Shown here: positions 20,012 through 30,456 of the stretch, in pieces
How the letters are laid out: the number at the start of each line of letters is the position of its first letter
Numbering within the stretch: the stretch's first letter is position 1
Assembly (NCBI GenBank): GCA_030603385.1
Contig: JAUVXW010000005.1
Coordinates: 92,568-156,567 of the forward strand
DNA: 64,000 bases
Origin: Promethearchaeota archaeon
GTDB lineage: Archaea > Asgardarchaeota > Lokiarchaeia > Sigyniarchaeales > SOKP01
Reading direction: 5' to 3'
The notes under the pieces: generated by a model
Told to the model about the DNA's origin: nothing
What the model saw: the letters and a program-made list of their open reading frames with translations, nothing else
Database searches by the model: none
Made by a program: the position numbers and the translations under genes

Positions 20012-20620
20012 ATGGATGAAATTAAGCAATTTAAAAAAATTTTAAAGCTAGATAAAATGAACATTGAAATTTTCAAGTCTTTAACTGAAGATGGAAAGAT
20101 AAATTATTCAAGAATCGGAAAAAAATTTGGTGTATCTCATGTTGCTATAAAAAACCGGTATGAAAACCTAATAAAAAAAAATATTATTAAACCAAGCCTG
20201 TTAGTTAATTTTTCAAAGTTAGATTTCAAATTAGCAATTTTATTATTAGAATTAGAAACTGAGAGTCATGACAAAATAAAAGATACCTATTCTAAATGTC
20301 CCAGAGTTTTATTCTCTTTTAATTTAATAGGTGAATATAATCATCTTTTAGTATTTTTTGCTGAAAATTTAGGAACTATAGAAACAATTTTTAATTCCTG
20401 TATGCTATATAATTTGAAGGGTGTGAGAAAGTCGAATATCCTAATATTTGGAAGTTTAAAAGAGGATCTCTTTTTACCTTTAAATTTATCTCAACTTGCC
20501 CAACAAAATGAAAATACTCCATGTGGAACTTGTTGCAAGTTTTGTAAATCTTTTATTCAAGGTCAATGCATTGGTTGTCCAGCATCAAAATATTACAAGG
20601 GACCATTAAAAATAATCTAA
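20012..20620 (+). CDS. Lrp/AsnC family regulator with Cys-rich C-terminal extension
   Basis: HTH (YSRIGKKFGVSHVAIKNRY), RAM domain (GEYN), tail PCGTCCKFCKSF..GQCIGCPA. Confidence 0.85.
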   Translation: MDEIKQFKKILKLDKMNIEIFKSLTEDGKINYSRIGKKFGVSHVAIKNRYENLIKKNIIKPSLLVNFSKLDFKLAILLLELETESHDKIKDTYSKCPRVLFSFNLIGEYNHLLVFFAENLGTIETIFNSCMLYNLKGVRKSNILIFGSLKEDLFLPLNLSQLAQQNENTPCGTCCKFCKSFIQGQCIGCPASKYYKGPLKII

Positions 20621-20716
20621 TTCAGATAAAAAATTGTTTATTTAAACAAAAAAATTAAACCTTTAGGATTAAAACCTATATATTTTTTGTTAGGTAAAGC
20701 TGTTTTTACTTTTTTG

Positions 20717-21436
20717 TTAAACGTTTTTATTTTTTAATCTTTTTTTCTTTACTGCTCGAATCTTATACAATTCAACATATAAATGACGACCCATTATCTT
20801 CCTATATTTACATTTCACTACTCCTTTTTGTATTAAATCATCAGGTATGCTTTCTTTTGTAATTATTCCCTTATTATCATCTTTTTTATGAACATATTCA
20901 TAAATCCATAAAGGAATCTTTTTTGCAGTTCCATACCCTAATTTATCATATACTAAATCGATAAATTCCTTTCTATCTGTACCTTGAATTTCACACGAGG
21001 CATTGACAAGTTTATTAATCGCTAATTGCCCTGGTTGAAATTTATTATATATTTTTTTTACTTCAACATTGTAATTTTTGACAGATGGAGAGTTATTGCA
21101 TTGTTCAACAATAGCATCCCTCAGTATATTAGTAAATTTTTTGCTTAATTTTAATACTCTATAAACTTTTACGACTCGAGAATTACTATCCACTAACACT
21201 AATTTCAGCTTTTTTGGATAATTTTTCTGTAAATTTATTTGATTCTTATTGTGTTCTATTTCTTGATAGAGACAATTTGAATATGTAACATCACTCCAAT
21301 CCAAATTTCCGATTTTAAATACAAGAAAAATTACATGTGGTCTTACAATAAGTTTAAGTATTATTTTCCCTGATTTATATGCTTTAATTTCTTGTTTTGT
21401 TGGATATTTCATACCAACAATTAGATTACTATTCAT
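20717..21436 (-). CDS. hypothetical protein
   Basis: 239-aa ORF; frame is open about 25 codons further upstream; no recognised motif. Confidence 0.55.
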   Translation of the reverse strand: MNSNLIVGMKYPTKQEIKAYKSGKIILKLIVRPHVIFLVFKIGNLDWSDVTYSNCLYQEIEHNKNQINLQKNYPKKLKLVLVDSNSRVVKVYRVLKLSKKFTNILRDAIVEQCNNSPSVKNYNVEVKKIYNKFQPGQLAINKLVNASCEIQGTDRKEFIDLVYDKLGYGTAKKIPLWIYEYVHKKDDNKGIITKESIPDDLIQKGVVKCKYRKIMGRHLYVELYKIRAVKKKRLKNKNV

Positions 21437-21608
21437 GTAATCTAATTCTATAAAATTTTTATACCAAGGAAGGTTCCTATGAATTTCTTCAATTGAATTA
21501 TCCTCTATTATCCATCACTTTCTAGGCTCTATATTAAATGAGTAATATTCATTTAAATAATGGCAAATCTGATGCTTTTTAGCTTAGAATATTATACTCA
21601 TTTATAAT

Positions 21609-21623
21609 GTTACAAAATGTAAC
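21609..21623. promoter_or_regulatory. fourth copy of operator GTTACA-AAA-TGTAAC
   Basis: Same palindrome as at 19762-19982, about 100 bp upstream of 21721. Confidence 0.65.
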
Positions 21624-21720
21624 TTAAATGCTTAATATTCTTACAAATTAATAAAATATAAATTTAGATTTAAATTAAATATTTTTATATAATACTAATT
21701 ACAAATATGGTTTTGTAGTT

Positions 21721-22050
21721 ATGAATGTGTCCTTTTCAAATAAAGCAAAGGAATATACTAAAAAAAAAAGAATTATCAATCTTTTAGTAAAAATTTCATT
21801 TTTTACACAAGGTTGCATTCATATTTATGAACCCAAATTGGAACCAATTCCAAATGATAAATTAGGAAATTTTCAGAAAAATAAAAGACTTGTAGTTAAT
21901 GGAATTAATATATATTTCTCAGATCAGTATATAGAGACATATAACACCCAAAAAGAGCTCTATATAGATTTACAGAAATTCCCAAAACAAAAACTTATAT
22001 TGAAAAATCTCGAGCCAATTATAATTCAGACATGCAAATTGGATAAATAA
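21721..22050 (+). CDS. hypothetical protein, loosely HesB/IscA-like fold
   Basis: MNVSFSNKAKEY...TQGC...P...VNGINIYF pattern. Confidence 0.4.
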   Translation: MNVSFSNKAKEYTKKKRIINLLVKISFFTQGCIHIYEPKLEPIPNDKLGNFQKNKRLVVNGINIYFSDQYIETYNTQKELYIDLQKFPKQKLILKNLEPIIIQTCKLDK

Positions 22051-22075
22051 ATAAGAACAATTAAAAACCCATAAA

Positions 22076-22747
22076 ATGTCAACAGAAGATAATAACTTGA
22101 ATCAAAATACTGAAAATCATAGAAGAGTGCACTATAGGCTCGTCCGTTATAAAAAAGTACCAAAAAGTTATAAAAAATTTATAAATTTATCTATCGTGAT
22201 TTTCCCTGTTAGTATAATACTTGTTTTTTTAATTTCAGGAGGAGTTTTTGAAAATATGTTTAATGAGGGGGAGCCTAATACCACCACGATCCCTGATAAC
22301 CCTACTGAACCTCCCACGGAACCTTATCAGTCCGATATAACTTTAACAACAATTTATGGTCAAACAATTCGATTAGCAAATCATCAAGGCAAAGTAGTAA
22401 TTATATTCTTTTTTGGCACTCACTGCCCTGGATGTCCAGAACAATCTAGTATTTTAGCAGATATAGATAATATTTTCACTAGTAATCAATTATATATAGT
22501 TCCAATTTGTCTTGATACGACTGCTGATACATCTAATAGTGAATTAGATGATTGGTTAGAAGGATATAATCCTAATTGGCCAATTATACGGGATAATGTT
22601 CAATATACCTATGCAAGTTATTTTAATATAGCATACAAGCCAACTGTGAAAATATTAGATAAAAACGGAAATATTGAAGCTACCATGGTGGGTCCAGCAC
22701 AGGGTAGTTTCAATAATATTAAAACAGAAGTGGATGCCTTATTATAA
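22076..22747 (+). CDS. membrane-anchored TlpA/ResA-like thiol-disulfide oxidoreductase
   Basis: TM segment, P/T linker, GKVVIIFFFGTHCPGC, PT..ILDKNG. Confidence 0.88.
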   Translation: MSTEDNNLNQNTENHRRVHYRLVRYKKVPKSYKKFINLSIVIFPVSIILVFLISGGVFENMFNEGEPNTTTIPDNPTEPPTEPYQSDITLTTIYGQTIRLANHQGKVVIIFFFGTHCPGCPEQSSILADIDNIFTSNQLYIVPICLDTTADTSNSELDDWLEGYNPNWPIIRDNVQYTYASYFNIAYKPTVKILDKNGNIEATMVGPAQGSFNNIKTEVDALL

Positions 22748-22771
22748 AAATATAACTCTTAAATTTTAAAA

Positions 22772-23494
22772 ATGATTGATCCTGGATTATTTTTCATCTC
22801 AATTGGTGGGGGAATATTGTCATTTTTAGCACCTTGTAATATTGGTACACTACCAACATTTATAGCATATATTCAAGGCCAAACAAATACAAGTAAAAAG
22901 GCAATATTCATGAGTTTGGCATTTTCGATTGGTTTTATTGCAGTATTTACTATTATTGCATCTCTATTTATTGTTATTTCGGGTTTTATACAATATATTT
23001 TTTGGATAAAAATGATATCTGGTATCGTTATAATGTTAATGGCATTTTATCTTTTCTTCAGCAAATTTAGTAAAAAAGATCTTCAAAATTACAAACCAAC
23101 ACAAATTGAGGAGAAAAATTTAAAGAATATTTATGGTATTAAACATGAAAAAAAAGAACATCAAGGAATTTTAGGTGCAATAATTCTTGGATTTTCTATG
23201 GGTTCACCTTGGATCGCCTGCATTACACCAATATACTTATCCATCGTTACCATTGCTATGAATCAAGAAACATTTATTTTAGGATTTTTATTATTTTCTT
23301 TTTACGCGTTAGGATTAATGATACCTTATATTCTTATAGGAGCCGCATTAGGAATAATTAACCAGCGCGTAATTGTTAAATTCATTAAAATCAGTTCATG
23401 GCTACAAATAATATTTGCGCTTATATTAATTTGGATAGGAGCTGAATTTTTTCTATCAGCATTTGGTATTGGGGGGTTGTTACCTTTTATTTGA
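22772..23494 (+). CDS. ccdA: CcdA/DsbD-like membrane electron transporter
   Basis: GGILSFLAPC..P and W..CITP; six TM segments. Confidence 0.85.
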   Translation: MIDPGLFFISIGGGILSFLAPCNIGTLPTFIAYIQGQTNTSKKAIFMSLAFSIGFIAVFTIIASLFIVISGFIQYIFWIKMISGIVIMLMAFYLFFSKFSKKDLQNYKPTQIEEKNLKNIYGIKHEKKEHQGILGAIILGFSMGSPWIACITPIYLSIVTIAMNQETFILGFLLFSFYALGLMIPYILIGAALGIINQRVIVKFIKISSWLQIIFALILIWIGAEFFLSAFGIGGLLPFI

Positions 23495-23519
23495 GTTTTT
23501 AAGGTGTTCTTTTAAATAT

Positions 23520-24072
23520 TAATGTTAACATAATTATTGCTTTTGTTTCTGGATTAACTATCGGTGCTATTCCATGTATTTTATTAATGGTTAGTGCTTT
23601 TAGTAGATTACTCGTTTAAATAGAAGAAAAATTAAAATTTATAGAAATCACTATGGGGTTAATCTCTGGTCTAATCTTTGCTGATACTCGAATCTCCACA
23701 TTTTTTTTATTTTTCAGTCCTCTTTTAGATGAATTTTACTAATATAGGTATTTTTTTTCGTGTATTTTAATTTTTATAGGGATCTGGCAAATATTTGAGT
23801 ATAAAAAAGAAAGAAGTACGATATTTGGAACTCCTAAAGGTAAAGAGCGTAATAAAAAACTTTATTAAAAAAATTCTGCATTATATGCTTTTCTAGTAGG
23901 AATCTTATATATTATTATCAAATTACCTTGTTTTGGAGGAGTTTATTTAGTGCCAATATATCAAATTAATACCAACGCCTCACTTTATGTATTTATCATT
24001 ATTTTTTTAGTAGGTGTGTTTATTCCGATAATAACCATTCTTATTCTTCTTAAATTTATAGAACGTAATTAA
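23520..24072 (+). pseudogene. degraded second CcdA-like gene
   Basis: AFVSGLTIGAIPCILL and IKLPCFGGVY segments broken by TAA stops (about 23617 and 23740) and a frameshift (about 23850). Confidence 0.65.
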
Positions 24073-24259
24073 GAATCTTAAATGGAAGAATAATAATTTT
24101 AGTTGCTTTTTATTTATTAATACTTGATGATTTAATTAATATATTCTTAATTTAAAAAATGAAGATCTATGTACAAGTTAAATAAACTTAAAAAGGATAT
24201 CTGGTATGGAATTTCCAAAAAAGAAATACATTTAAAATACACAGATAATATGAAGAATT

Positions 24260-25180
24260 ATGTATTTTATTGAACACCTAATTCAATTAATCAAAGAAAA
24301 AAGAAGCGTAATCTCCATGGGATTAGATCCTAGAATGGATAAGGAAGGTGAAATCCCCCAATATCTTATTAATGAAATAGATAATCCCGATAAAATAATT
24401 TTAGAATTTAATAAAACCTTAATTGATAATACTTATGAATTAATCCCTGTTATTAAACCTCAGATTGCCTTTTACGAAAAATATGAAGCTCTAAGTGCTT
24501 TAAAAGAAACAATTAAATATGCTCACAATAAAGACCTATTAGTAATACTTGATGCAAAACGAAATGACATCGGTTCTACTTCAAAGGCTTACGCCTATTC
24601 GATGTTTAAAATTTATGGTGCAGATGCATGTACAATAAATGCATATATAGGTATTGATGGAGTTCAACCTTTTCTTAATTATAAAGAAAAAGGAATATTT
24701 GTTCTTGTAAAGACATCAAACCCAAGTAGCTCTGATTTTCAAGATTTATTCAGTACTAAGATAATAGGTATATCTAATGATATTTCTGAATATAGATGTA
24801 GTGAGCAAATTCTAAAAAGAAACTATATCTTAATGACTCAATTGGTTCAAGATTGGGCATCTGGTCTAGCTAAATTTTCAGATTTTACTAATCTGGGGGC
24901 CGTTGTTGGTGCAACATACCCTATAGAATTGAAAAAGATTAGAGAAATTATAAAAAATTCATTTATATTAATTCCTGGTTATGGTACCCAAGGAGCTCAA
25001 GCAAAAGACATTAAATACGGATTCTATGAAAATGGATTAGGAGGGATAGTTAATTCTTCACGAGGAATAATTTACGCTTATAATAAGAAAGAAAAATATA
25101 CTCAACATGATTTTGGTAAGGCAGCTAAAGATGAGATTATTGAAATAAATAAGATAATCAACAGAGAAATCGGTATATAA
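24260..25180 (+). CDS. pyrF: orotidine-5'-phosphate decarboxylase
   Basis: GLDP, KPQIAFYE, ILDAKRNDIGST, KTSNP, GAVVGAT, LIPGYG.QG, NSSRGII. Confidence 0.95.
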   Translation: MYFIEHLIQLIKEKRSVISMGLDPRMDKEGEIPQYLINEIDNPDKIILEFNKTLIDNTYELIPVIKPQIAFYEKYEALSALKETIKYAHNKDLLVILDAKRNDIGSTSKAYAYSMFKIYGADACTINAYIGIDGVQPFLNYKEKGIFVLVKTSNPSSSDFQDLFSTKIIGISNDISEYRCSEQILKRNYILMTQLVQDWASGLAKFSDFTNLGAVVGATYPIELKKIREIIKNSFILIPGYGTQGAQAKDIKYGFYENGLGGIVNSSRGIIYAYNKKEKYTQHDFGKAAKDEIIEINKIINREIGI

Positions 25181-25195
25181 TGGAATATAGGGATT

Positions 25196-25636
25196 TTACA
25201 TAACATTCCCAATATTGCTAAATATTAAAACATTGGCTCCAATAATTGGACCCAAAATTAATAATGTTAATATGAATGAACGTGCTAACCCTGGTTTATG
25301 AATAATATTTATAAGATTTAGAACTAAAAAAGTGGAAAAAATAACGGATAATCCTATTAACCCTCCATCAGTTTCATAATAACAATCATCCCCCATACAT
25401 TCCATCTCAAATAAAAACATATCGAGAAGCATGGGAGTGCTTACGAATAAGGTTACCCCATATAGGATAAGGTAACTTATAGCAACCCATTTAAAATTGG
25501 TTTTCGATTCAGCTTTAGTAATAGCTAAACCAATCTTTAGAATAATAATACCGCCAAATATCATAATAGCAGCGATAATGAAAGGTCCAAATTTCTCCAT
25601 TTCCGTTAAATTATCTTGAAAAAACATAAATATCAA
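25196..25636 (-). CDS. hypothetical membrane protein
   Basis: About 4 hydrophobic segments. Confidence 0.6.
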   Translation of the reverse strand: MIFMFFQDNLTEMEKFGPFIIAAIMIFGGIIILKIGLAITKAESKTNFKWVAISYLILYGVTLFVSTPMLLDMFLFEMECMGDDCYYETDGGLIGLSVIFSTFLVLNLINIIHKPGLARSFILTLLILGPIIGANVLIFSNIGNVM

Positions 25637-25831
25637 TTATTGATTAAATGTATTTGTAGATTTTAACAACTAAATTTATTTTTAAAATGATTTTTAACTC
25701 ATAATATTATAAAAGATATAAGAAACATTTTTGATTTAAATTTATTTAATTAAAATAGAATATTTACATTTTCAATAAATATATTATATTATAATGGAGG
25801 CAATTACAAAAATAGAAAGGTAAGATATGCA

Positions 25832-27814
25832 ATGGTAGAGACAAAAAGTGATACTATTCAAAAAGACGATGACATTCCAAGGATTGCTGTGTTTATATGC
25901 CAATGAGGTTTAAATATAGCAGAAATAATTGACACAAAAAAATTAGGAGAATTCACAAAAACTCTTCCGAATGTAGTTGAGGCTATAGACTATATAAGTT
26001 TGTGAACTGAGCCTGGAGCAGAGTTTATAAAGGAAAAAATGATTGAAACCAACGCAAATAGACTAGTGGTTGTTTCATGTACTCCAAAAACCCACGAACC
26101 CGTCTTTAAAAGCGTATTGGAATCAATGAATATAGATCCATCTTATTTGGAATTTGCTAACATACGTGAGCATTCTAGCTTTGTGCATAGGCAAGATAAA
26201 ATAGGTGCCCAGAAAGTTGCTGAAGACGCTACTCGATCTGCTGTCGCAAGAGCTGCAGTCTTAGAGAAGATCTTAATTAAAGAAGTTGATATAACAAAAA
26301 AAGCTCTTATAATTGGTGGAGGAGTTGCGGGATTATCTGCGGGAATCGATTTAGCTGAAGAAGGATTCGAAGTATATTTAGTAGAGAAAAAACCTACAAT
26401 AGGTGGCAAAATGGCACAATTAGATCGTACTTTTCCTACAGATGATTGTAGTATATGAATATTAGGTCCTGTTATGCTTCAAGCTGCGAGGACTCCAGGG
26501 CTGAATCTATATACATATAGTGAAGTAGAGGATGTACAAGGATTTGTCGGGAATTTTACTGTAAAAGTTCGTAAGAGAGCACGATATGTAAATAATGACT
26601 GTAATGGTTGTGGAGCATGTTGGGAGGTATGTCCTGCTTATGGATACAATGAATTTAATGAAGGATTAGATTCAAGAAAAGCTATATATTCGGCATTTGC
26701 ACAAGCAGTTCCTTCACTAGCTCAAATTGATATGGATAGGTGTATAAAATGTGAGCTTTGTAAGGCTGCGTGTGAAGTAGATGCGATTGATTTTGATCAA
26801 AAAGATGAAATAATAGAAATAAACGTAGGATCGATTGCTGTTGCTACTGGTTGGGACGAATTTGAGCCACCAACTGGATATTTAGGTTATAATAAATATC
26901 CAAATGTAATTACACAATTAAAACTTGAGAGAATACTTGCACCAAATGGCCCCACTCTTGGACACCTTGTACGGCCATCAGATGGGAAAGAACCAAAAAA
27001 AATTCTATTTATTCAATGCGTAGGATCTAGAGATTTAAATATGAATACCTACTGTAGCTCTGGTGTTTGTTGTATGATCTCAATAAAGAATAGCAAATTG
27101 ATTAAACAACATTCCCCTGATGCTAATATTACTGTAGCTTATATGGATATGAGAGCAGCAGGCAAAGATTACGAAGAATATTTTACACTTTCACGAAAAG
27201 AAGGTATAAAATACATTAGAACGAATGTTAGCAGGATAAAAGAAGATCCAAAAACCCATAATCTTAAAATTGTCATGCAAAATACATTAAGCTCAGGGGG
27301 GTTAAAGGAACTAGAATTTGACATGGTTGTACTCTCAGCAGCAATGGTGCCCGCAAAAGGAGTAGAAAGTATTCAAAAACTATTAAAACTTGAGATGAGC
27401 CAAGATGGTTTTTTTAAAGAATTCCATGCGAGATTAAATCCTATTGACACAAAAATACCGGGTATAGTCCTTTCAGGGGCGAGTCAAGGTCCAAAATCGA
27501 TTGTTGAGTCTATTGCCCATGGACGAGCAGCAGCATCTTCATTAGCTCGACTTATGGGTAAAGATAAATATCGAATACTTTTAATCCGAGCGGCTGTAGA
27601 AGACAAGGATAAATGCGCAAAATGCGGGTTATGTGAATTAAATTGTCCGTATAATGCCATAACTATAAACGATGATGGTGCTGAAGTAAATGAGATACTA
27701 TGCAGAGGTTGTGGGACTTGTTTGGCTAATTGCCCTTCAGAAGCAATTACCTTGAGATACTATAGAGAACCTCATTATGAAAAACAAATCGACGCAATTT
27801 TGGAGGAGATTTAG
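25832..27814 (+). CDS. hdrA: heterodisulfide reductase subunit A, selenoprotein (660 aa; Sec25, Sec58, Sec209)
   Basis: One frame from ATG 25832 with TGA at 25904, 26003 and 26456, each at a conserved Cys site (FICQUG, SLUTEPG, FPTDDCSIUILGP); FAD motif IIGGGVAG, ferredoxin inserts, QCVGSRD. Confidence 0.93.
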
Positions 27815-27827
27815 AGGGGTGGATGAA

Positions 27828-28301
27828 ATGGCTAGTGAGTCAAATAATGATATTAAAATTTTAGCTTTTCTCTGTTGGAAATGAGGTTATGGAGCAGGAG
27901 ATATGGCTGGAACAATTCGTGCTCAATATCCTGCAACATTAAGACCTGTCAGAATAAATTGTACGGGAAGAGTAACACCCTCTCTGATGATGAGAGCGAT
28001 AGGGAAGGGAGCTGATGGTGTAGTCGTGGGTGCTTGATATCCTGGAGAATGTGATTATGAAACAGGTAATTTAGTTGCTGAGAGAAACGTACAATATGTA
28101 AAAGAAATTTTAAAAACAACAGGTATCTCTCCAGAGAGAGTACAAATGTTTCATTGCAGTGCTGCTGAAGGACAAAAATTTCAAATTGAAGCTACAAGAA
28201 TTTCAGAAGTAATTAAAAATTTAGGCAATAATCCCATTAAGGATTCAAAAAAATCTAACATTAAATCTAATGATCCAGTAGTTAAGAAAAAGAAAAATTA
28301 A
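27828..28301 (+). CDS. mvhD: MvhD/VhuD/FlpD [2Fe-2S] subunit, selenoprotein (157 aa; Sec19, Sec70); absent from the ORF track
   Basis: ILAFLCWKUGYGAGDMAG..R.QYP..L...RINCTGRV...GADGVVVGAUYPGECDY..GN...PERV...CSAAEG; TGA at 27882 and 28035. Confidence 0.93.
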
Positions 28302-28302
28302 A

Positions 28303-28369
28303 CCGATTGAATGAATCTTATGAGAAAATATTAGTCATATGATGACAGACCATATTGTAATGGTTTCGG
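28303..28369 (+). ncRNA. SECIS element (eukaryote-like, lokiarchaeal type) serving hdrA-mvhD
   Basis: ATGA 28311-28314, stem ATCTTATGA/TCATATGAT, A-rich loop GAAAATATTAG, GA 28344-28345 (AUGA_AA_GA kink-turn core); side hairpin GACCAT/ATGGTT; closing CCGA/TCGG. Confidence 0.8.
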
Positions 28370-28591
28370 CTAATAATAATTTTTAATAAAGTTAATATCA
28401 ATTAATTTGTACTCATTTTTTCATAATTATAATCTTATTAAAATTTCCTTTAAGAAATTTCATTTAAGAGTTAAGTAAAAAGAAATTCAATAATAATTTT
28501 TATTTAAAACATTAACCAATCCAAAAAATACTCATTCATAAAGAAAAAAAAAAAATTGTTTTTAATTTAATAATAAAAAATCGTTAATTAT

Positions 28592-29032
28592 CTATTCTTT
28601 GCCAATAAATTTATCAACAGCAAATGCTCCAATGCCAATAATCCCAGCGATAATAATGAAGATGCCTCCGATGGGTATTGCATCCTCTGTTGCTTCCAAA
28701 ACAAGGGCTAAGATTGGAAAGATTAACATAGCAATTCCAGATAGTATATAGATTAACCAATCCCACTTCCATTCCATACCTTTCCATGTACTAATACCTA
28801 TTAAAAATAGGGCTGCAATTGACATACATGTTAAACCAAATGTCCATAATTTTAATCCATCTCCAGCCCAAGCATCTACAGGATCACCCGCATATTGTAC
28901 GTAGCCATTAAGCCATCCGTAAACATCAATACCAAATGACTCGACATAACCCCATGGGACTAGTATTCCAATAAGAGCTAAAATTGCGGCTATTAAGGCA
29001 TAAAGCCAAGCGTCTTTCTTAAAATCTACCAT
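28592..29032 (-). CDS. hypothetical membrane protein
   Basis: 4 TM segments. Confidence 0.65.
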   Translation of the reverse strand: MVDFKKDAWLYALIAAILALIGILVPWGYVESFGIDVYGWLNGYVQYAGDPVDAWAGDGLKLWTFGLTCMSIAALFLIGISTWKGMEWKWDWLIYILSGIAMLIFPILALVLEATEDAIPIGGIFIIIAGIIGIGAFAVDKFIGKE

Positions 29033-29606
29033 TTTTTTTTCACACTCTTTATTTAAATTATAATTGATTTTCGTAAATTATTTTGTTAATTTCTTCTTTC
29101 TTCTCAAAATATTTAAATTTTATCTAAAAAACTCCTTTATTAATTTTTCAAAATAAAATATAATAAAAGAAATCTATTCAATAAAATAATTGAATCCTTG
29201 ATCTTAGCATAAATTGGTAATGATTTTAAATTGGTTTATCCAAACTTATGAATTTCTATAAAAAGATATACGAAATTTGAATATTTTCCACTTTTTTATG
29301 AGCATATTAAGGTTTTAATAAGGAGCTAATAATAACAAAATGTAATATTAATAAAAGCAGATTATAATAAATCATATCGTTACTCTAATAACAAAATGAG
29401 AATTAATTACTCAAATATTTTCTAATTTTAAATAAAAATTTATCATAAATCACCATCTTGTTCAGAACTTTTTAGGATTTGAATCCTATTCATAATCTAA
29501 TTAAAAGTAACTAGATGTTTTTATACTTGTTCTCCCCTTATTTTAATCAAATTTCAATTTAATTGAAATTGGTATATAATCTCTAAAAAAAATAAAGTGG
29601 TTATTT

Positions 29607-30350
29607 ATGGGAGAAACTGATAAATTAGTTCGGTTTGATGAAGAAACCTCACCATCTAAATTCATTGCACTCATCGGAGTTCTATTTATGATTTTCGAAG
29701 CTATTGCTTTTTTTTATTCCTCAGACCCTGAATCAATTTTCATACTATATGGTATTTTTGAAATATTATTCGCTGCGGTGATCTTTTTATCACTAAGTCT
29801 TATTGGTTTGTGGAAAATAAAAATACCATACTTTTGGTGGCTTTTACTTGTTTTCGGTTTACTATTAGTAATCTTTGACGTTTTTGCTGCGGATAAGGGT
29901 TTTGTATTCCGTTTTTTATTCATATTTGATTTTAACTATTTTCCTGCAATCCTAATTCTATTCGCAGGTCTATATGAATTGCTTCAACAGAAAAAGGAAT
30001 GGAAAGCTTCAATGATTCTAACTCTTGTTGGTGCTGGTTTTGCTATATACGACTGTATTTTAGTATTCAGTTATTATGGAGACCCCAACTGGGGCGATAA
30101 AGATGGACAATTCTTTACATTTGCATTTTTTGGATTAATAGCCGTAATAATTTTATTACTAACAATTCAAGATTGGGTTGATATTAAAATACCTTTTACA
30201 TGGTGGGGACTTTTTGCGGTTGGATTTATCATATTAGCTATGGTATCCCCGCTTGCGAATGTATATGGACAAAGTGAAGATTTTGCTGCAGCTGGTTTTG
30301 GTGGTGTAATTCTTTTAATCGCGTTTATATTGCATTCAAAGGATTATTAA
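29607..30350 (+). CDS. hypothetical polytopic membrane protein (internal duplication)
   Basis: About 8 TM; KIKIPYFWW and DIKIPFTWW repeated. Confidence 0.65.
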   Translation: MGETDKLVRFDEETSPSKFIALIGVLFMIFEAIAFFYSSDPESIFILYGIFEILFAAVIFLSLSLIGLWKIKIPYFWWLLLVFGLLLVIFDVFAADKGFVFRFLFIFDFNYFPAILILFAGLYELLQQKKEWKASMILTLVGAGFAIYDCILVFSYYGDPNWGDKDGQFFTFAFFGLIAVIILLLTIQDWVDIKIPFTWWGLFAVGFIILAMVSPLANVYGQSEDFAAAGFGGVILLIAFILHSKDY

Positions 30351-30456
30351 ATTTATAACTAAATTTTTTTTTTTTTAAATCGTCTAATTCTTTGCTTAAT
30401 TTTTAATTTTAAAATTAATTAATAGAAATAATATCATTTATCTTAGTGAGATTAAA

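Noticed and set aside
23520-24072. Recoding or introns in the second ccdA-like region
   Set aside because: The stops are TAA plus a frameshift, with no stem structure; ordinary decay
26039-27814. Two separate ORFs or an hdrA pseudogene, as in the ORF track
   Set aside because: All breaks are in-frame TGA at Cys positions with a SECIS downstream; this is one selenoprotein
29333-29570. TAACAAAATG repeats and AATTTCAATT-T-AATTGAAATT palindrome
   Set aside because: Very AT-rich and only a partial match to the operator; could be chance
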